A stretch of 62,584 nucleotides of DNA, filler included. It is 5 parts of 5 records of this genome, joined end to end, with 100 filler letters (N's around TTAATTAATTAA, not from the genome) between each part and the next. Parts side by side here need not be neighbours in the genome. Positions count along the whole stretch, not along the records: positions 47,779 to 53,320 come from SRR22947725_5100; positions 53,421 to 62,584 come from SRR22947725_5112; 3 more parts are not named here. One strand, written 5' to 3'. This document shows positions 51,998-62,584 of the stretch, piece after piece (position 1 is the first letter of the stretch; each line of letters starts with the position of its first letter). A program made the translations under genes and the position numbers. The notes beneath the pieces are model-generated. The model ran no database searches. It was not told where the DNA came from and worked only from the letters and a program-made list of their open reading frames with translations.

Positions 51998-53089
51998 ATG
52001 CTCTGCCTGGCGCGCACGCGGGGCGTTCCTGGGGCTCGCGACGAGAAATCCCTCAAGTCCACCGGTCGATTGGTCCCGTTGCGGAGCCTTCAGCCGCTCT
52101 CCAGGCAGCAGATGCGAGCGCGATCTTCTCAAACGGTGTCCTCTGCTTCAAATAGGTCCTACCAGGGTCCTATCGCTGGTCTTGCGACGCTTGGCTTTCT
52201 CGAGACGGCGTACTTGGCGGGGCTCTCGCTCACGGGGCAGTCGGATCAGGTGGCCTGTCCGTTGAGCGCAGCATCCTGTTCGAGCGTGCTGACGAGTCCG
52301 TATGCGTATCTGTTCGACTCTATCCCGCTGAGTCTGTTGGGATGTGGAGTCTACGGGGCTGTCGCATTGGTTGCGCTGCGGGAAACAGGTCGACGGGAGG
52401 GGGCAACTGGAGAAGCCGTTGGTGATAGCAGCAGTGGCATGGGATCGCCGGGCAGCACAAGCCCCCTGGTCTACCTGTCGACGTTGTTGGTGAGCACATC
52501 GGCGTACCTCGCGGTGCTGCTGGTGACAAAGTTTGCCGATACGCCTTGTGTATGGTGCATGACCAGCATCGCACTGAGCATGGGAATTGGCTCGCTGACG
52601 TTTGCGGGGTTGGATGGCAGGGCGCGGGAGGGCCTGCTCACGCCCATGTCGGGGCTGTTTGCGGCCACCGTGTTGCTGCTGAACTCGACACTGGGCAGTC
52701 CGGACATGGCAGACGCGCGGGATATAACCAAGCTGGAGTATCAAAATCCGGTGGTCACGACAGTCAGCAGCGGCCAGGCCATGGACGTCGCGAAGCGGCT
52801 AGATGCGGTGGGGGCGAAGATGTATGGGGCATTTTGGTGCTCGCATTGCTTTGAGCAGAAGGAGACGCTGGGCGCTGAGGCAATGAAGGCGGGGAAGTTC
52901 TACGTGGAATGCTTCCCGGATGGGTGGGAGCGGGGGAAGCAGATGGCCGGGGCCTGTCTTGAACCTTTGAATGCGGAAGGGACAAAGCTGCAGGGATTTC
53001 CGACGTGGGTGATCGGAGGAAAGGTGGTGGAGGGGGATAAAAGCGTTGCGGAGCTGGAAAAGATCTTGGACGGCATCAGCCAGAAGTAA
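51998..53089 (+). CDS. LTO1: Thylakoid VKOR-thioredoxin disulfide oxidoreductase LTO1
   Basis: ACP...CSSVLTSPYA, CVWC in the VKOR domain; MYGAFWCSHC...VEC...C...GFPTW Trx domain. Confidence 0.9.
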   Translation: MLCLARTRGVPGARDEKSLKSTGRLVPLRSLQPLSRQQMRARSSQTVSSASNRSYQGPIAGLATLGFLETAYLAGLSLTGQSDQVACPLSAASCSSVLTSPYAYLFDSIPLSLLGCGVYGAVALVALRETGRREGATGEAVGDSSSGMGSPGSTSPLVYLSTLLVSTSAYLAVLLVTKFADTPCVWCMTSIALSMGIGSLTFAGLDGRAREGLLTPMSGLFAATVLLLNSTLGSPDMADARDITKLEYQNPVVTTVSSGQAMDVAKRLDAVGAKMYGAFWCSHCFEQKETLGAEAMKAGKFYVECFPDGWERGKQMAGACLEPLNAEGTKLQGFPTWVIGGKVVEGDKSVAELEKILDGISQK

Positions 53090-53143
53090 TTCATCAATTC
53101 ATCAATTCATTCGTTCGTTCATTGGGAACCCTGAAGTCGCCCT

Positions 53144-53320
53144 CTAGTCGTCATCAATGGTGCCGCTCACAGTCAGACCGATTTTCTCCGCGGCCGCCTT
53201 GTAGTTGGCCACGAGGAGTGCTGCTAGGGCGGTGGTGCCCAGGTTAACGACGATGGGCTCCACGGCGTCCGTCCTGGACATCACCGGCCCGAGACCGTAT
53301 GAGATAGAAAGTGTAAACCA
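53144..53320 (-). CDS. 3' end of an unidentified, possibly membrane, protein
   Basis: Open frame WFTLSISYGLGPV...LGTTALAALLVANYKAAAEKIGLTVSGTIDDD* running off the contig end. Confidence 0.45.
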   Translation of the reverse strand, partial: WFTLSISYGLGPVMSRTDAVEPIVVNLGTTALAALLVANYKAAAEKIGLTVSGTIDDD

Positions 53321-53420
53321 NNNNNNNNNNNNNNNNNNNNNNNNNNNNNNNNNNNNNNNNNNNNTTAATTAATTAANNNNNNNNNNNNNNNNNNNNNNNN
53401 NNNNNNNNNNNNNNNNNNNN
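53321..53420. other. Artificial contig spacer
   Basis: N-run with TTAATTAATTAA. Confidence 0.99.
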
Positions 53421-53639
53421 ACAAACTACTTGCCCTACAGCAACAGCATCCCCTTCCTCAGCTTTTAAAGTAATTACACCACTTTCTTCAGCAGGAAGAT
53501 CTAAAGTAGCTTTATCAGAATCTACTTCAGCTATTGTCTGGTCTTTTTCTACAAAATCACCGTCTTTTACAAGCCATTCAGCAATTTCAACTTCTGAAAT
53601 TGATTCTCCTGGCGATGGCACCTTCATCTCTAAAATCAC
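53421..53639 (-). CDS. sucB: 2-oxoglutarate dehydrogenase E2, N-terminal lipoyl domain (truncated)
   Basis: MILEMKVPSPGESISEV...EVDSDKATL, the Bacteroidota-type OdhB N-terminus. Confidence 0.9.
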
Positions 53640-53669
53640 AGTCTCTAAATTTTTTAACTAAAATACTAA

Positions 53670-54980
53670 TTAATATCTATAATATTCAGGTTTATAAGGT
53701 CCTTCAACTTTAACTCCAATATAATCTGCCTGATCTTCATTCAATTCTTCAAGTTCAGCACCTAATCTGTTTAAATGTAATTTAGCAACCTTTTCGTCTA
53801 AATGCTTGGGAAGCATATAAACTTTATTTTCGTAAGAATCTGTATTTAACCAAAGTTCAAGCTGTGCAAGCGTTTGATTTGTAAACGAATTACTCATCAC
53901 AAAACTCGGATGACCTGTAGCACATCCTAAATTAACTAATCTGCCCTCAGCCAAAACAATAACATCTTTTCCTTCAATATTATACAGATCAACTTGTGGT
54001 TTTATTTCATCTTTAGTATGTCCGTATTTTTCATTTAACCAAGCCATGTCAATCTCATTGTCAAAGTGACCAATATTACAAACTATAGCTTTATCCTTCA
54101 TTAACCTAAAGTGTTCTTCTTTAAGAATATCTTTATTACCTGTTGCAGTTACAATTATGTCAGCGTTTCCAATTGCTGTTTTCATTTTTTTTACCTCATG
54201 CCCATCCATTGAAGCTTGCAAAGCACAAATTGGATCAATTTCCACAACAGTAACTATAGCTCCAGCGCCTGAAAATGATGCAACAGTCCCTTTTCCAACA
54301 TCACCATATCCTGCAACTAAAACTCTTTTACCTGCCATCATAATATCAGTAGCCCTTCTAACAGCATCAACCGCACTTTCCTGACATCCGTATTTATTAT
54401 CAAATTTAGATTTAGTAACAGAATCGTTGACGTTAATAGCTGGTAATGGTAAAGTTCCATTTTTCATTCTTTCATACAATCTATGAACTCCAGTTGTCGT
54501 TTCTTCAGATAAACCTTTGATCCCACTTACAAGCTTAGGATAATGATCTAATACTAAATTTGTTAAATCTCCACCATCATCTAAAATCATATTCAAAGGA
54601 GTTTTGTCTTCACCAAAGAAGACCGTCTGTTCTATACACCACTCAAACTCTTCTTCATTCATACCTTTCCATGCATAAACTGGGATGCCTGCTGCTGCAA
54701 TTGCTGCTGCTGCATGATCTTGTGTGGAAAAAATATTACATGAACTCCAAGTTACATCTGCTCCTAGTTCAACTAATGTCTCAATTAAAACTGCAGTCTG
54801 GATAGTCATATGAAGACAACCAGCAATTCTTGCACCTTTTAATGGTTTTGTATCACCATATTCTTCTCTTAAAGCCATAAGTCCTGGCATCTCAGCTTCA
54901 GCTAATCTAATTTCTTTTCTTCCCCACTCAGCTAGAGAAATGTCTTTTACTTTGTATGGAACGTATTGTGTATTACTCAT
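53670..54980 (-). CDS. ahcY: Adenosylhomocysteinase
   Basis: [45 protein letters not shown]. Confidence 0.97.
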   Translation of the reverse strand: MSNTQYVPYKVKDISLAEWGRKEIRLAEAEMPGLMALREEYGDTKPLKGARIAGCLHMTIQTAVLIETLVELGADVTWSSCNIFSTQDHAAAAIAAAGIPVYAWKGMNEEEFEWCIEQTVFFGEDKTPLNMILDDGGDLTNLVLDHYPKLVSGIKGLSEETTTGVHRLYERMKNGTLPLPAINVNDSVTKSKFDNKYGCQESAVDAVRRATDIMMAGKRVLVAGYGDVGKGTVASFSGAGAIVTVVEIDPICALQASMDGHEVKKMKTAIGNADIIVTATGNKDILKEEHFRLMKDKAIVCNIGHFDNEIDMAWLNEKYGHTKDEIKPQVDLYNIEGKDVIVLAEGRLVNLGCATGHPSFVMSNSFTNQTLAQLELWLNTDSYENKVYMLPKHLDEKVAKLHLNRLGAELEELNEDQADYIGVKVEGPYKPEYYRY

Positions 54981-54983
54981 TTT

Positions 54984-56234
54984 TTATAATTTAAATTTTG
55001 ATTTAATTTTATCTATCATATCTAATTTTTCCCAAGTAAACAATTCAACCTCTAAAGTTTTCGTTTCTCCATTTGGGGAATTGAATGTCTTTGTAACAAA
55101 TTTAGACTTTCTACCCATATGTCCATAAGCAGCTGTTTCTGTATAAATTGGGTTTCTTAACTTTAATCTTTTTTCTATAAAATAAGGACGCATATCAAAA
55201 ATTTCCTCTACAACTTTAGCTAATTCACTGTCATTCATAGAAACTTTTGATGTTCCAAAAGTATTAACAAATATACCCATAGGCTTAGCCACTCCAATAG
55301 CATAGCTTACTTGAACTAAGCATTCGTCAGCTACACCTGCGGCAACCAAATTTTTAGCAATATGTCTTGTTGCATAAGCAGCACTTCTATCGACTTTACT
55401 AGGATCTTTTCCTGAGAAAGCTCCTCCTCCATGTGCACCTTTACCACCATAGGTGTCTACTATAATTTTTCTTCCTGTTAAACCAGTATCTCCATGTGGC
55501 CCACCAATAACAAACTTGCCTGTAGGATTTATGTGATACTCAATTTCATCATTGAAAAAGGGTTTAAAATTTGGATATTTTTGGAGTAATCTTGGAATTA
55601 ATATTGAAGTTATATCTAACTTAATTTTAGCCAACATTTTATCTTCAACATCAAAGTCATCATGCTGAGTCGAAACAACTACAGCAACAATTTTTTCAGC
55701 CTTATTATCTTCAGAATATTGAAGAGTTACTTGTGATTTAGAATCAGGTCTTAAGTAAGTTATTTCATTATTTTCTCTTCTTAATTCTGCTAACTCAATT
55801 AAAATTTTGTGAGATAAATCTAAGGCTAAAGGCATGTAATCTTCTGTCTCATTACAAGCATATCCAAACATCATTCCCTGGTCACCAGCACCTTGATCTT
55901 CTGGATTTTTTCTTTCTACGCCCTGATTAATGTCAGAAGATTGTTCATGTATTGCAGAGAAAACTCCACAAGAATTACCGTCAAACATATATTCGCTTTT
56001 ATTGTAACCTATGTCGTTTATTACTTTTCTAGAAATTGCTTGAACATCTAAATAAGTGTTTGATTTAACTTCGCCCGCAAGTACAACTTGTCCAGTTGTG
56101 ACTAGAGTTTCACAAGCTACTTTTGAATTAGGGTCAAAAGCTAAAAAATTATCAATAAGCGCATCACTGATTTGATCTGCGACTTTATCTGGATGACCCT
56201 CACTCACCGATTCGGATGTAAATAAATAACTCAT
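54984..56234 (-). CDS. metK: S-adenosylmethionine synthetase
   Basis: [35 protein letters not shown]. Confidence 0.97.
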   Translation of the reverse strand: MSYLFTSESVSEGHPDKVADQISDALIDNFLAFDPNSKVACETLVTTGQVVLAGEVKSNTYLDVQAISRKVINDIGYNKSEYMFDGNSCGVFSAIHEQSSDINQGVERKNPEDQGAGDQGMMFGYACNETEDYMPLALDLSHKILIELAELRRENNEITYLRPDSKSQVTLQYSEDNKAEKIVAVVVSTQHDDFDVEDKMLAKIKLDITSILIPRLLQKYPNFKPFFNDEIEYHINPTGKFVIGGPHGDTGLTGRKIIVDTYGGKGAHGGGAFSGKDPSKVDRSAAYATRHIAKNLVAAGVADECLVQVSYAIGVAKPMGIFVNTFGTSKVSMNDSELAKVVEEIFDMRPYFIEKRLKLRNPIYTETAAYGHMGRKSKFVTKTFNSPNGETKTLEVELFTWEKLDMIDKIKSKFKL

Positions 56235-56281
56235 TTTTTATATCTTTTAATATGTTTTAATAATCTAAAATTAATTTTTGC

Positions 56282-56289
56282 CAAAAATA
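56282..56289 (-). promoter_or_regulatory. Bacteroidota -7 promoter element upstream of metK
   Basis: TATTTTTG matches TAnnTTTG about 50 nt before the metK ATG. Confidence 0.5.
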
Positions 56290-56321
56290 GCATTATTTAT
56301 ACATTTAAATATGTATAACAA

Positions 56322-57275
56322 TCAAAATACTTCTTTTGCAATTTTTTTAATGTTTAAAGCTTTTCCCATCGAATAATAATGTAGAAAAGGTACTCCATGT
56401 TTTTTAAGCTCTTTACTTTGTTGAACACACCATTCTATACCTACTTTTTTTACTTCAGAATTATCCTTACACTTAATTATTTCCTTAATTAAAGCCTCAG
56501 GCAAATCACAATGAAATCTGTGTGGAAGAATATTTAACTGTTTTTTTGTTGAAATGGGTTTTAGTCCTGGAATTATAGGCACATTAATTCCTTCCATTTT
56601 ACAGATGTCTTTAAACTTAAAAAACTTATCGTTATCAAAAAACATTTGAGTAACTATATAATCTGCTCCTAATTTAATTTTTTCTTTCAAAAAATGAATA
56701 TCACTTTCTAGACTCGGTGCTTCCATATGTTTTTCAGGATATCCTGCAACTCCAATGCAAAAGTTAGTTTTTGAAGAAATTTCTAAATCTTCTAAATATT
56801 TACCTTTATTTAAATCTGAAATTTGATTTACTAACTGACTTGCATAATTATGACCATCCTGAGATGGAGTAAAGTAGGTTTCAGACTTTATAGCATCTCC
56901 TCTTAAAGCAACAACATTATTAATTCCTAAAAAATCTAGATCGATTAATAAATTTTCAGTTACTTCTTTGTTAAAGCCTCCACAAAGTATGTGAGGAATA
57001 GCATCAACATTATACTTATTTTGTAAGGCTGCGCATATACCAACTGTTCCAGGTCTTTTTCTAACCACTTTTTTTTGCAATAAACCATTTCCAAGATCAT
57101 TATATACATGTTCCTCTCTATGGTAAGTTACATCGATAAAAGGAGGGTTAAATTCCATCAAAGGATCTATATTGTCAAAAATAGATTGAACATTATGACC
57201 TTTGACTGGAGGAAGAATTTCAAATGTAAATTGAGTTTTTCCTTTCGCTTTTTCTATGTGTTCTGTTACCTTCAT
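56322..57275 (-). CDS. metF: 5,10-methylenetetrahydrofolate reductase
   Basis: FEILPP, FIDVTYH, ALRGD, VAGYPEKH, TQMFF, LHYYSMG. Confidence 0.95.
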   Translation of the reverse strand: MKVTEHIEKAKGKTQFTFEILPPVKGHNVQSIFDNIDPLMEFNPPFIDVTYHREEHVYNDLGNGLLQKKVVRKRPGTVGICAALQNKYNVDAIPHILCGGFNKEVTENLLIDLDFLGINNVVALRGDAIKSETYFTPSQDGHNYASQLVNQISDLNKGKYLEDLEISSKTNFCIGVAGYPEKHMEAPSLESDIHFLKEKIKLGADYIVTQMFFDNDKFFKFKDICKMEGINVPIIPGLKPISTKKQLNILPHRFHCDLPEALIKEIIKCKDNSEVKKVGIEWCVQQSKELKKHGVPFLHYYSMGKALNIKKIAKEVF

Positions 57276-57279
57276 AATA

Positions 57280-59955
57280 CTAATTTAAATTAGGATTTAA
57301 CCATTTCCTTGCTTTTTCAATATCTATATTTTTTCTTTTTGCATAATCTTCAAGCTGATCCTTATTAATATTCCCAAGGCCAAAATATTTTGATTTTTCA
57401 TTGGCAAAATAATACCCAGATACTGAAGATGCAGGCCACATAGCTAAACTCTCAGTTAATTTTACTCCTATGGATCTTTCAACATCCAAAAGTTTCCAGA
57501 TTGTTTCTTTTTCCAAATGATCTGGACATGCAGGATATCCAGGTGCAGGTCTAATTCCTTTGTAAGATTCTTTAATTAATTCTTTGTTGTCTAAATTTTC
57601 ATTTTTATCATATCCCCATTTGTTAATTCTAATTTCTCTATGTAAATATTCGGCATAAGCCTCCGCAAATCTATCTGCAATAGCTTTTACCATAATAGAA
57701 CTGTAGTCGTCAATTTTATCTTCATACTCTTTAGCTAACTCATCAGATCCAAAACCAGTACTCACACAAAAACAGCCTATATAATCTTCAATTTCAGAGT
57801 CTTTTGGGGCAATAAAATCTGAAATAGCCAAATTTGGTTCTCCCTCTTTCTTTTTTAATTGCTGTCTTAATGTTAAAAACGTAGCTAAAGTCTTAGTTTT
57901 TTCTTGGTTATAAACTTCAATATCATCACCAACTGAATTTGCAGGAAACAAGCCAAAAATCGCTTTTGCTTTTAATGACTTTTCTTTTAGAATTTTTTTA
58001 AGCATTACTTGGCCGTCTTCAAATAATTCTTTTGCTTGTTTTCCAGTAAGATCGTAGTCAAATATATCCGGATACTTTCCGTGTAATCCCCAAGTATTAA
58101 AAAATGGTGACCAGTCAATATAAGGAACAAGGGTTTCTAAGGAAATTTCCTCAATGACTTCGATTCCCAAATGATTAGGTTTTATTGGTTTATATTTTTT
58201 AAAATCAATAAGTAGACTATTTTTTTTAGCTGAATTATAGTCTATATACCTTTTTTCACTTTTTTTATTTAAAAACCTTTCTCTAAATTCTGTATAATCT
58301 TTTTTAATTCCGTTCCAATAATCATCTTTCAAGTCTTTACTAATCAAATTACTAGCTACACCAACAGCACGAGATGCGTCATTTACATGAACAACAGGTG
58401 AATCTATTTCAGGAAATATCTTAACTGCTGTATGCGCTTTTGAAGTAGTAGCCCCCCCAATTAATAACGGGGTTTTGATGTTTAATCTTTTAAGTTCTTG
58501 CGCAATAAAAACCATTTCATCAAGAGATGGAGTAATAAGCCCTGACAATCCAATAATGTCCACATTTTCTTCAACAGCAACTTGAATTATTTTTTCTGGA
58601 GGGACCATTACACCTAGATCAATAATTTCAAAATTATTACAAGCTAGAACTACACTAACTATATTCTTACCTATATCATGAACATCACCTTTTACAGTTG
58701 CCATTAAAATTTTTCCAGCTGAATTACTTGAATCATCTGTTTTTGAAGCTTCAATGTAAGGGAGTAAATAAGCTACTGCTTTTTTCATTACCCTTGCAGA
58801 TTTAACAACTTGAGGTAAAAACATTTTGCCCTCTCCAAATAAATCGCCTACTATATTCATTCCATCCATTAAGTGGCCTTCGATTACCATAATAGGCTTT
58901 TCAACGCTTTGTCTAGCTAATTCAACATCTTCTTCAACAAATTCATCTTTACCATTTATTAATGAGTAGGATATTCTTTCACGGAGGTCTAAATTTCTCC
59001 ATTCTTTAACATCTGATTTCTTTTGTTTTTTATCTCCAGAAACAGTTTGAGCAAATTCTAATAATCTTTCAGTAGCATCTTCTCTTCTGTCTAATAAAAC
59101 GTCCTCGACATGTTCTAATAAATTCTTTGGAATTTCATCATAAATTTCAAGCATATTAGGATTGACAATCCCCATATTCATCCCGTTTTTGATTGCATGA
59201 TATAAAAATGCGGAATGCATTGCTTCTCTAACTGTATTGTTTCCTCTAAACGAAAAAGATACATTACTAACCCCTCCGCTTACACTAGCAAAAGGTAAAT
59301 TAGCTCTAATCCATTTTGTTGCATTAAAAAAATCCAAAGCATTTTTTCTATGTTCTTCCATTCCAGTGGCTACTGGAAAAATATTTGGATCAAAGATTAT
59401 ATCTTGAGGTTTAAATTTTACTTTATCAACCAATACATCATAAGATCTTTTACATATCTCTATTCTTCTCTCAAGATTATCTGCCTGACCGTTTTCATCG
59501 AATGCCATTACTATAGCTGCAGCACCATACCTTTTAATAAGTTTTGCATGTTTTATAAACTCTTCTTCACCTTCTTTTAGACTAATAGAGTTTACTATAC
59601 ACTTTCCTTGAACAGTTTTTAGGCCAGCTTCAATAATTTCCCATTTAGAACTGTCAATCATTATTGGAACTCTAGAAATATCTGGCTCTGCAGCAATCAA
59701 ATTTAAAAATTTAGTCATGGCCTTGGTTCCATCTATAAGACCTTCATCCATATTAATATCAATAATTTGAGCACCTCCTTCAACCTGATCTCTCGCAACT
59801 TCCAAAGCCTCTGAGAACTTATCATTTTCTATTAATCTTAAAAATTTTTTTGAGCCTGTTACATTTGTTCTTTCACCAACATTTATGAAATTAGATGCCT
59901 TTGAAACAACCAAAGGTTCTAAACCTGAAAGAATTAAATTATTAGCCTTATTCAT
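57280..59955 (-). CDS. metH: B12-dependent methionine synthase: pterin, cobalamin-binding and reactivation domains
   Basis: [54 protein letters not shown]. Confidence 0.96.
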   Translation of the reverse strand: MNKANNLILSGLEPLVVSKASNFINVGERTNVTGSKKFLRLIENDKFSEALEVARDQVEGGAQIIDINMDEGLIDGTKAMTKFLNLIAAEPDISRVPIMIDSSKWEIIEAGLKTVQGKCIVNSISLKEGEEEFIKHAKLIKRYGAAAIVMAFDENGQADNLERRIEICKRSYDVLVDKVKFKPQDIIFDPNIFPVATGMEEHRKNALDFFNATKWIRANLPFASVSGGVSNVSFSFRGNNTVREAMHSAFLYHAIKNGMNMGIVNPNMLEIYDEIPKNLLEHVEDVLLDRREDATERLLEFAQTVSGDKKQKKSDVKEWRNLDLRERISYSLINGKDEFVEEDVELARQSVEKPIMVIEGHLMDGMNIVGDLFGEGKMFLPQVVKSARVMKKAVAYLLPYIEASKTDDSSNSAGKILMATVKGDVHDIGKNIVSVVLACNNFEIIDLGVMVPPEKIIQVAVEENVDIIGLSGLITPSLDEMVFIAQELKRLNIKTPLLIGGATTSKAHTAVKIFPEIDSPVVHVNDASRAVGVASNLISKDLKDDYWNGIKKDYTEFRERFLNKKSEKRYIDYNSAKKNSLLIDFKKYKPIKPNHLGIEVIEEISLETLVPYIDWSPFFNTWGLHGKYPDIFDYDLTGKQAKELFEDGQVMLKKILKEKSLKAKAIFGLFPANSVGDDIEVYNQEKTKTLATFLTLRQQLKKKEGEPNLAISDFIAPKDSEIEDYIGCFCVSTGFGSDELAKEYEDKIDDYSSIMVKAIADRFAEAYAEYLHREIRINKWGYDKNENLDNKELIKESYKGIRPAPGYPACPDHLEKETIWKLLDVERSIGVKLTESLAMWPASSVSGYYFANEKSKYFGLGNINKDQLEDYAKRKNIDIEKARKWLNPNLN

Positions 59956-60949
59956 CCTTTTTCAAATTTCTTGGTAAAAAATTATTAGCCTCTTTTGCTA
60001 TTAATTTAATGTGATCTGGTGTTGTTCCGCAACATCCACCAATAATATTTACACATTTAGATTCTAGGTATTCTCTAATTAGTACTTGCATTTCTTCTGC
60101 AGTTTGATCGTATTCTCCAAAAGCATTTGGAAGACCAGCGTTTGGATGAGCTGAAGTATGAAATTCCGTAATATTACTTAATCTTTTCATATACGGTAAA
60201 AGCAAATCTGCTCCCAGCGCACAATTAAACCCTATGCTTAAAAGAGGAATGTGAGATAATGAAGCAACAAAAGCCTCAACTGTTTGACCTGAAAGTGTTC
60301 TCCCACTTGCATCAGTAATTGTTCCACTAACCATTATTGGAATTTGTATTTTTCTGTTTTCTAAAATAGAGTCGATAGCAAAAAGTGCTGCCTTAGCGTT
60401 TAAAGTATCAAAGATTGTTTCAACTAAAAGAATGTCAACGCCTCCATCAATTAAAGCGTTTACTTGCTCTGAATAAGATTCAACCAAATCGTCAAAGTTA
60501 ACAGCTCTAAATCCAGGATCGTTAACATCAGGAGACATACTTGCTGTTCGATTTGTTGGACCAATAGAACCAGCAACGAATCTTGGCTTCTCAGGATTTA
60601 AATCTGTAAATTCTTTTGCTGCAATTTTTGCAATTTTTGCAGATTCAAAATTCAGATCATATACAATTGATTCCATGGAATAATCAGCCATTCCGATGCT
60701 AGTTGATGAAAAAGTATTAGTTTCAATTATATCCGCACCAGCTTCTAAATATTTTTTATGAATCGTTGAAATTGCTTCAGGTTGAGTTAAAGATAAAAGG
60801 TCATTATTTCCCTGAACGCTACTTTCGAAATCTTTAAAACGCTCCCCCCTGTAATCAGATTCAGTAAATTTATATTGTTGAATCATAGTTCCCATTGCAC
60901 CATCAAGAACTAAAATTCTTTCATTTAATATATCAAAAATATTAGCCAT
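59948..60949 (-). CDS. metH: Methionine synthase homocysteine-binding domain (separate gene of split MetH)
   Basis: [37 protein letters not shown]. Confidence 0.93.
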   Translation of the reverse strand: MANIFDILNERILVLDGAMGTMIQQYKFTESDYRGERFKDFESSVQGNNDLLSLTQPEAISTIHKKYLEAGADIIETNTFSSTSIGMADYSMESIVYDLNFESAKIAKIAAKEFTDLNPEKPRFVAGSIGPTNRTASMSPDVNDPGFRAVNFDDLVESYSEQVNALIDGGVDILLVETIFDTLNAKAALFAIDSILENRKIQIPIMVSGTITDASGRTLSGQTVEAFVASLSHIPLLSIGFNCALGADLLLPYMKRLSNITEFHTSAHPNAGLPNAFGEYDQTAEEMQVLIREYLESKCVNIIGGCCGTTPDHIKLIAKEANNFLPRNLKKDE

Positions 60950-60950
60950 A

Positions 60951-61508
60951 CTAGAAATGATTTTTAATAGTTTTAAGTTTATATTTAGAAAATTCAAGAA
61001 CTCCGAATAAAAAAGCGGAATAACACATAAACCCTAATAGAGTGCCCTTGTAGAACGGAATTGCCAAAAGGTAACACGCAATTAATCCATTTAAATCCAT
61101 AGTATACATAGTGCCAGAGATCCAAACACCAAAATTGGTAATCATAAAAAATAGTAAACTCGAGCCTAATGAGGCGATGAAAACATTTTTAAAACTGATT
61201 TTTTTTAAGAAAACAAAACCTATTAGAATCATTACAAAAAATGAGCCGTATTGCCAAATAAAACCAGGATAAAACCAAGTAAATTGATCATAATAGTTTA
61301 AAATGAAATTATTTAAAATAAGATCACTTAGCCACAATGATAAAATCGGAATAATAAAGGCGTAATATTTATTGCTTAAATAAGCACCTCCAAATAAAGC
61401 CATTGCACCAATTGGTGTGAAATTTGGCATGTGAGGAATAATTCTTGTGAAAGAGGCAAATAAGATAAGTGATATAACCCCAATATAGGTTAAATTAATT
61501 TTTTTCAT
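60951..61508 (-). CDS. DUF6580-like putative transport protein (ECF S-component-like)
   Basis: About 6 TM helices, RIIPHMPNFTPIGAMALFGG, LSD, FFMITNFGVW, CY..AIPF. Confidence 0.75.
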   Translation of the reverse strand: MKKINLTYIGVISLILFASFTRIIPHMPNFTPIGAMALFGGAYLSNKYYAFIIPILSLWLSDLILNNFILNYYDQFTWFYPGFIWQYGSFFVMILIGFVFLKKISFKNVFIASLGSSLLFFMITNFGVWISGTMYTMDLNGLIACYLLAIPFYKGTLLGFMCYSAFLFGVLEFSKYKLKTIKNHF

Positions 61509-61552
61509 AATTTAAGTTGTAGTTTGAGGTAAAAAGTGTTTTGTATCTCATT

Positions 61553-61604
61553 TCTGTTTTAGCATTTGTTTTTAGAGGCAGCAATCAGTCAAATCAATCC
61601 TCTC
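61553..61604 (-). ncRNA. SAM-II riboswitch
   Basis: GAGAGGATTGATTTGACTGATTGCTGCCTCTAAAAACAAATGCTAAAACAGA: P1 AGAGG/CCTCT, UGAUUU, UUGC/GCUAAA and CUG/CAG pseudoknot pairing; upstream of methionine-cycle genes. Confidence 0.82.
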
Positions 61605-61618
61605 TCATTAATTCTCTG

Positions 61619-61626
61619 CAATATTA
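61619..61626 (-). promoter_or_regulatory. Possible Bacteroidota -7 element for the riboswitch leader
   Basis: TAATATTG (one mismatch to TAnnTTTG) 15 nt before the aptamer. Confidence 0.4.
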
Positions 61627-61641
61627 CAAATTTTTAGTCAT

Positions 61642-62583
61642 TTAATAAAAATTGTTTTTAGATTCATCAAACACATATTCAATAACCTCGTTGTGTCTGT
61701 TTTTAGATCTTGTACTGCTTCCAGCTGCTGGAGAACTGTAAAACCTTCTTGATGCAACTCTAAAATTTCGTGCTTCATTAAAGTGGAGTAGCAGATGACT
61801 CCAAGCTCCCATATTTCGAGGTTCTTCTTGAGCCCAAACGATATCTTTTGCATTAGAATACTTGTTTAAAATATCTTGAATTTCAAGTTCAGGCAAAGGA
61901 AACAACTGCTCTAGTCTAACTAAAACTGTATCCGAAATATTATTTGTCTCTTTATAATCTAATAAATCATAATAGAATTTTCCTGAACAAAATACCAATC
62001 TATTTATTTTAGAAACATCCACTGAATCTTCATCTATTACAGGAGTGAAACTAACATCAGTAAAATCTTTAATTTTAGAAATGGCTTTAGGATGTCTAAG
62101 TAAGCTTTTAGGTGTGAAAATTATAAGAGGTTTTCTAAATGTAGTAACCATTTGACGTCTTAATATATGAAACATGTTTGCAGGTGTTGAGCAATTAGCA
62201 ACATACATATTATCTTTTGCACACAACTGTAAATACCTTTCCATTCTTCCAGAAGAATGTTCTGCACCTTGACCTTCATAACCATGTGGAAGTAATAGTA
62301 CTAAACCATTTTGCAACTTCCATTTATCCTCTGCTGCACATAAATATTGATCTATCATAATTTGAGCGCCATTACTAAAATCCCCAAACTGAGCCTCCCA
62401 AATACATAAAGTTTTAGGGCTAGTTAAAGAATAACCATACTCATAACCCATAACTCCATATTCTGAAAGAGATGAATTGTAGATGTTAAAATTTCCTTGA
62501 TCTTTATCTATATTATCAAGTAAACAAACTTCTTCTTCAGATTCTTCGACTTTCAAAATAGCATGTCTATGCGAAAAAGTTCC
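61642..62583 (-). CDS. sucA: 2-oxoglutarate dehydrogenase E1, C-terminal part (truncated by window edge)
   Basis: GTFSHRHA, WEAQFGDFSNGAQ, LPHGYEGQGAEHSSGR, WAQEEPRNMGAW. Confidence 0.96.
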   Translation of the reverse strand, partial: GTFSHRHAILKVEESEEEVCLLDNIDKDQGNFNIYNSSLSEYGVMGYEYGYSLTSPKTLCIWEAQFGDFSNGAQIMIDQYLCAAEDKWKLQNGLVLLLPHGYEGQGAEHSSGRMERYLQLCAKDNMYVANCSTPANMFHILRRQMVTTFRKPLIIFTPKSLLRHPKAISKIKDFTDVSFTPVIDEDSVDVSKINRLVFCSGKFYYDLLDYKETNNISDTVLVRLEQLFPLPELEIQDILNKYSNAKDIVWAQEEPRNMGAWSHLLLHFNEARNFRVASRRFYSSPAAGSSTRSKNRHNEVIEYVFDESKNNFY

Positions 62584-62584
62584 T

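Noticed and set aside
26757-53320. Many long overlapping or antisense ORFs in the track
   Set aside because: Expected shadow frames in high-GC coding DNA; no recognisable motifs
14297-53420. Juxtaposition of bacterial and algal genes suggesting horizontal transfer
   Set aside because: Every compositional switch coincides with an artificial N/TTAATTAATTAA spacer; the contigs are unrelated
57280-60949. metH split into two genes
   Set aside because: Known, common arrangement in Flavobacteriia; both parts have intact motifs, so neither a pseudogene nor novel

Overview
This window is not one locus. It holds five unrelated contigs joined by 100-nt N/TTAATTAATTAA spacers, and the taxonomy below is inferred from gene content and composition only. 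(1) 1-14296 is an AT-rich, probably marine actinobacterium (Ca. Actinomarina-like): amino-acid ABC transporter, purA-purB, MscS, lnt, M3 peptidase, copZ-copA and PAC2. It also carries a CxxU selenoprotein with an in-frame UGA and SECIS-like hairpin, missed by the ORF track and coupled to a TauE/SafE exporter. (2) 14397-26656 is an AT-rich Rhodobacterales-like contig (rsfS-rlmH-gpmI-ctpA-rppH, holA-lptE) with an in-frame chimera of a PgtB/DctB-like sensor kinase and the C-terminal half of LeuS. (3) 26757-47678 and (4) 47779-53320 are GC-rich, gene-dense green-algal nuclear DNA with few introns: STN8-like kinase, Ubc6-like E2, Vps62-like protein, FIP1, HemD, LARGE-like glycosyltransferase, HA-repeat protein, FHY/RFK, cyclin-like protein, EAF6, RadA, ARP7, a bromodomain-PEHE protein and LTO1. 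(5) 53421-62584 is a flavobacterial contig in which a SAM-II-riboswitch-led cassette (DUF6580-like transporter, split metH, metF, metK, ahcY) sits between sucA and sucB. No rRNA, tRNA, CRISPR array or transposase was recognised.
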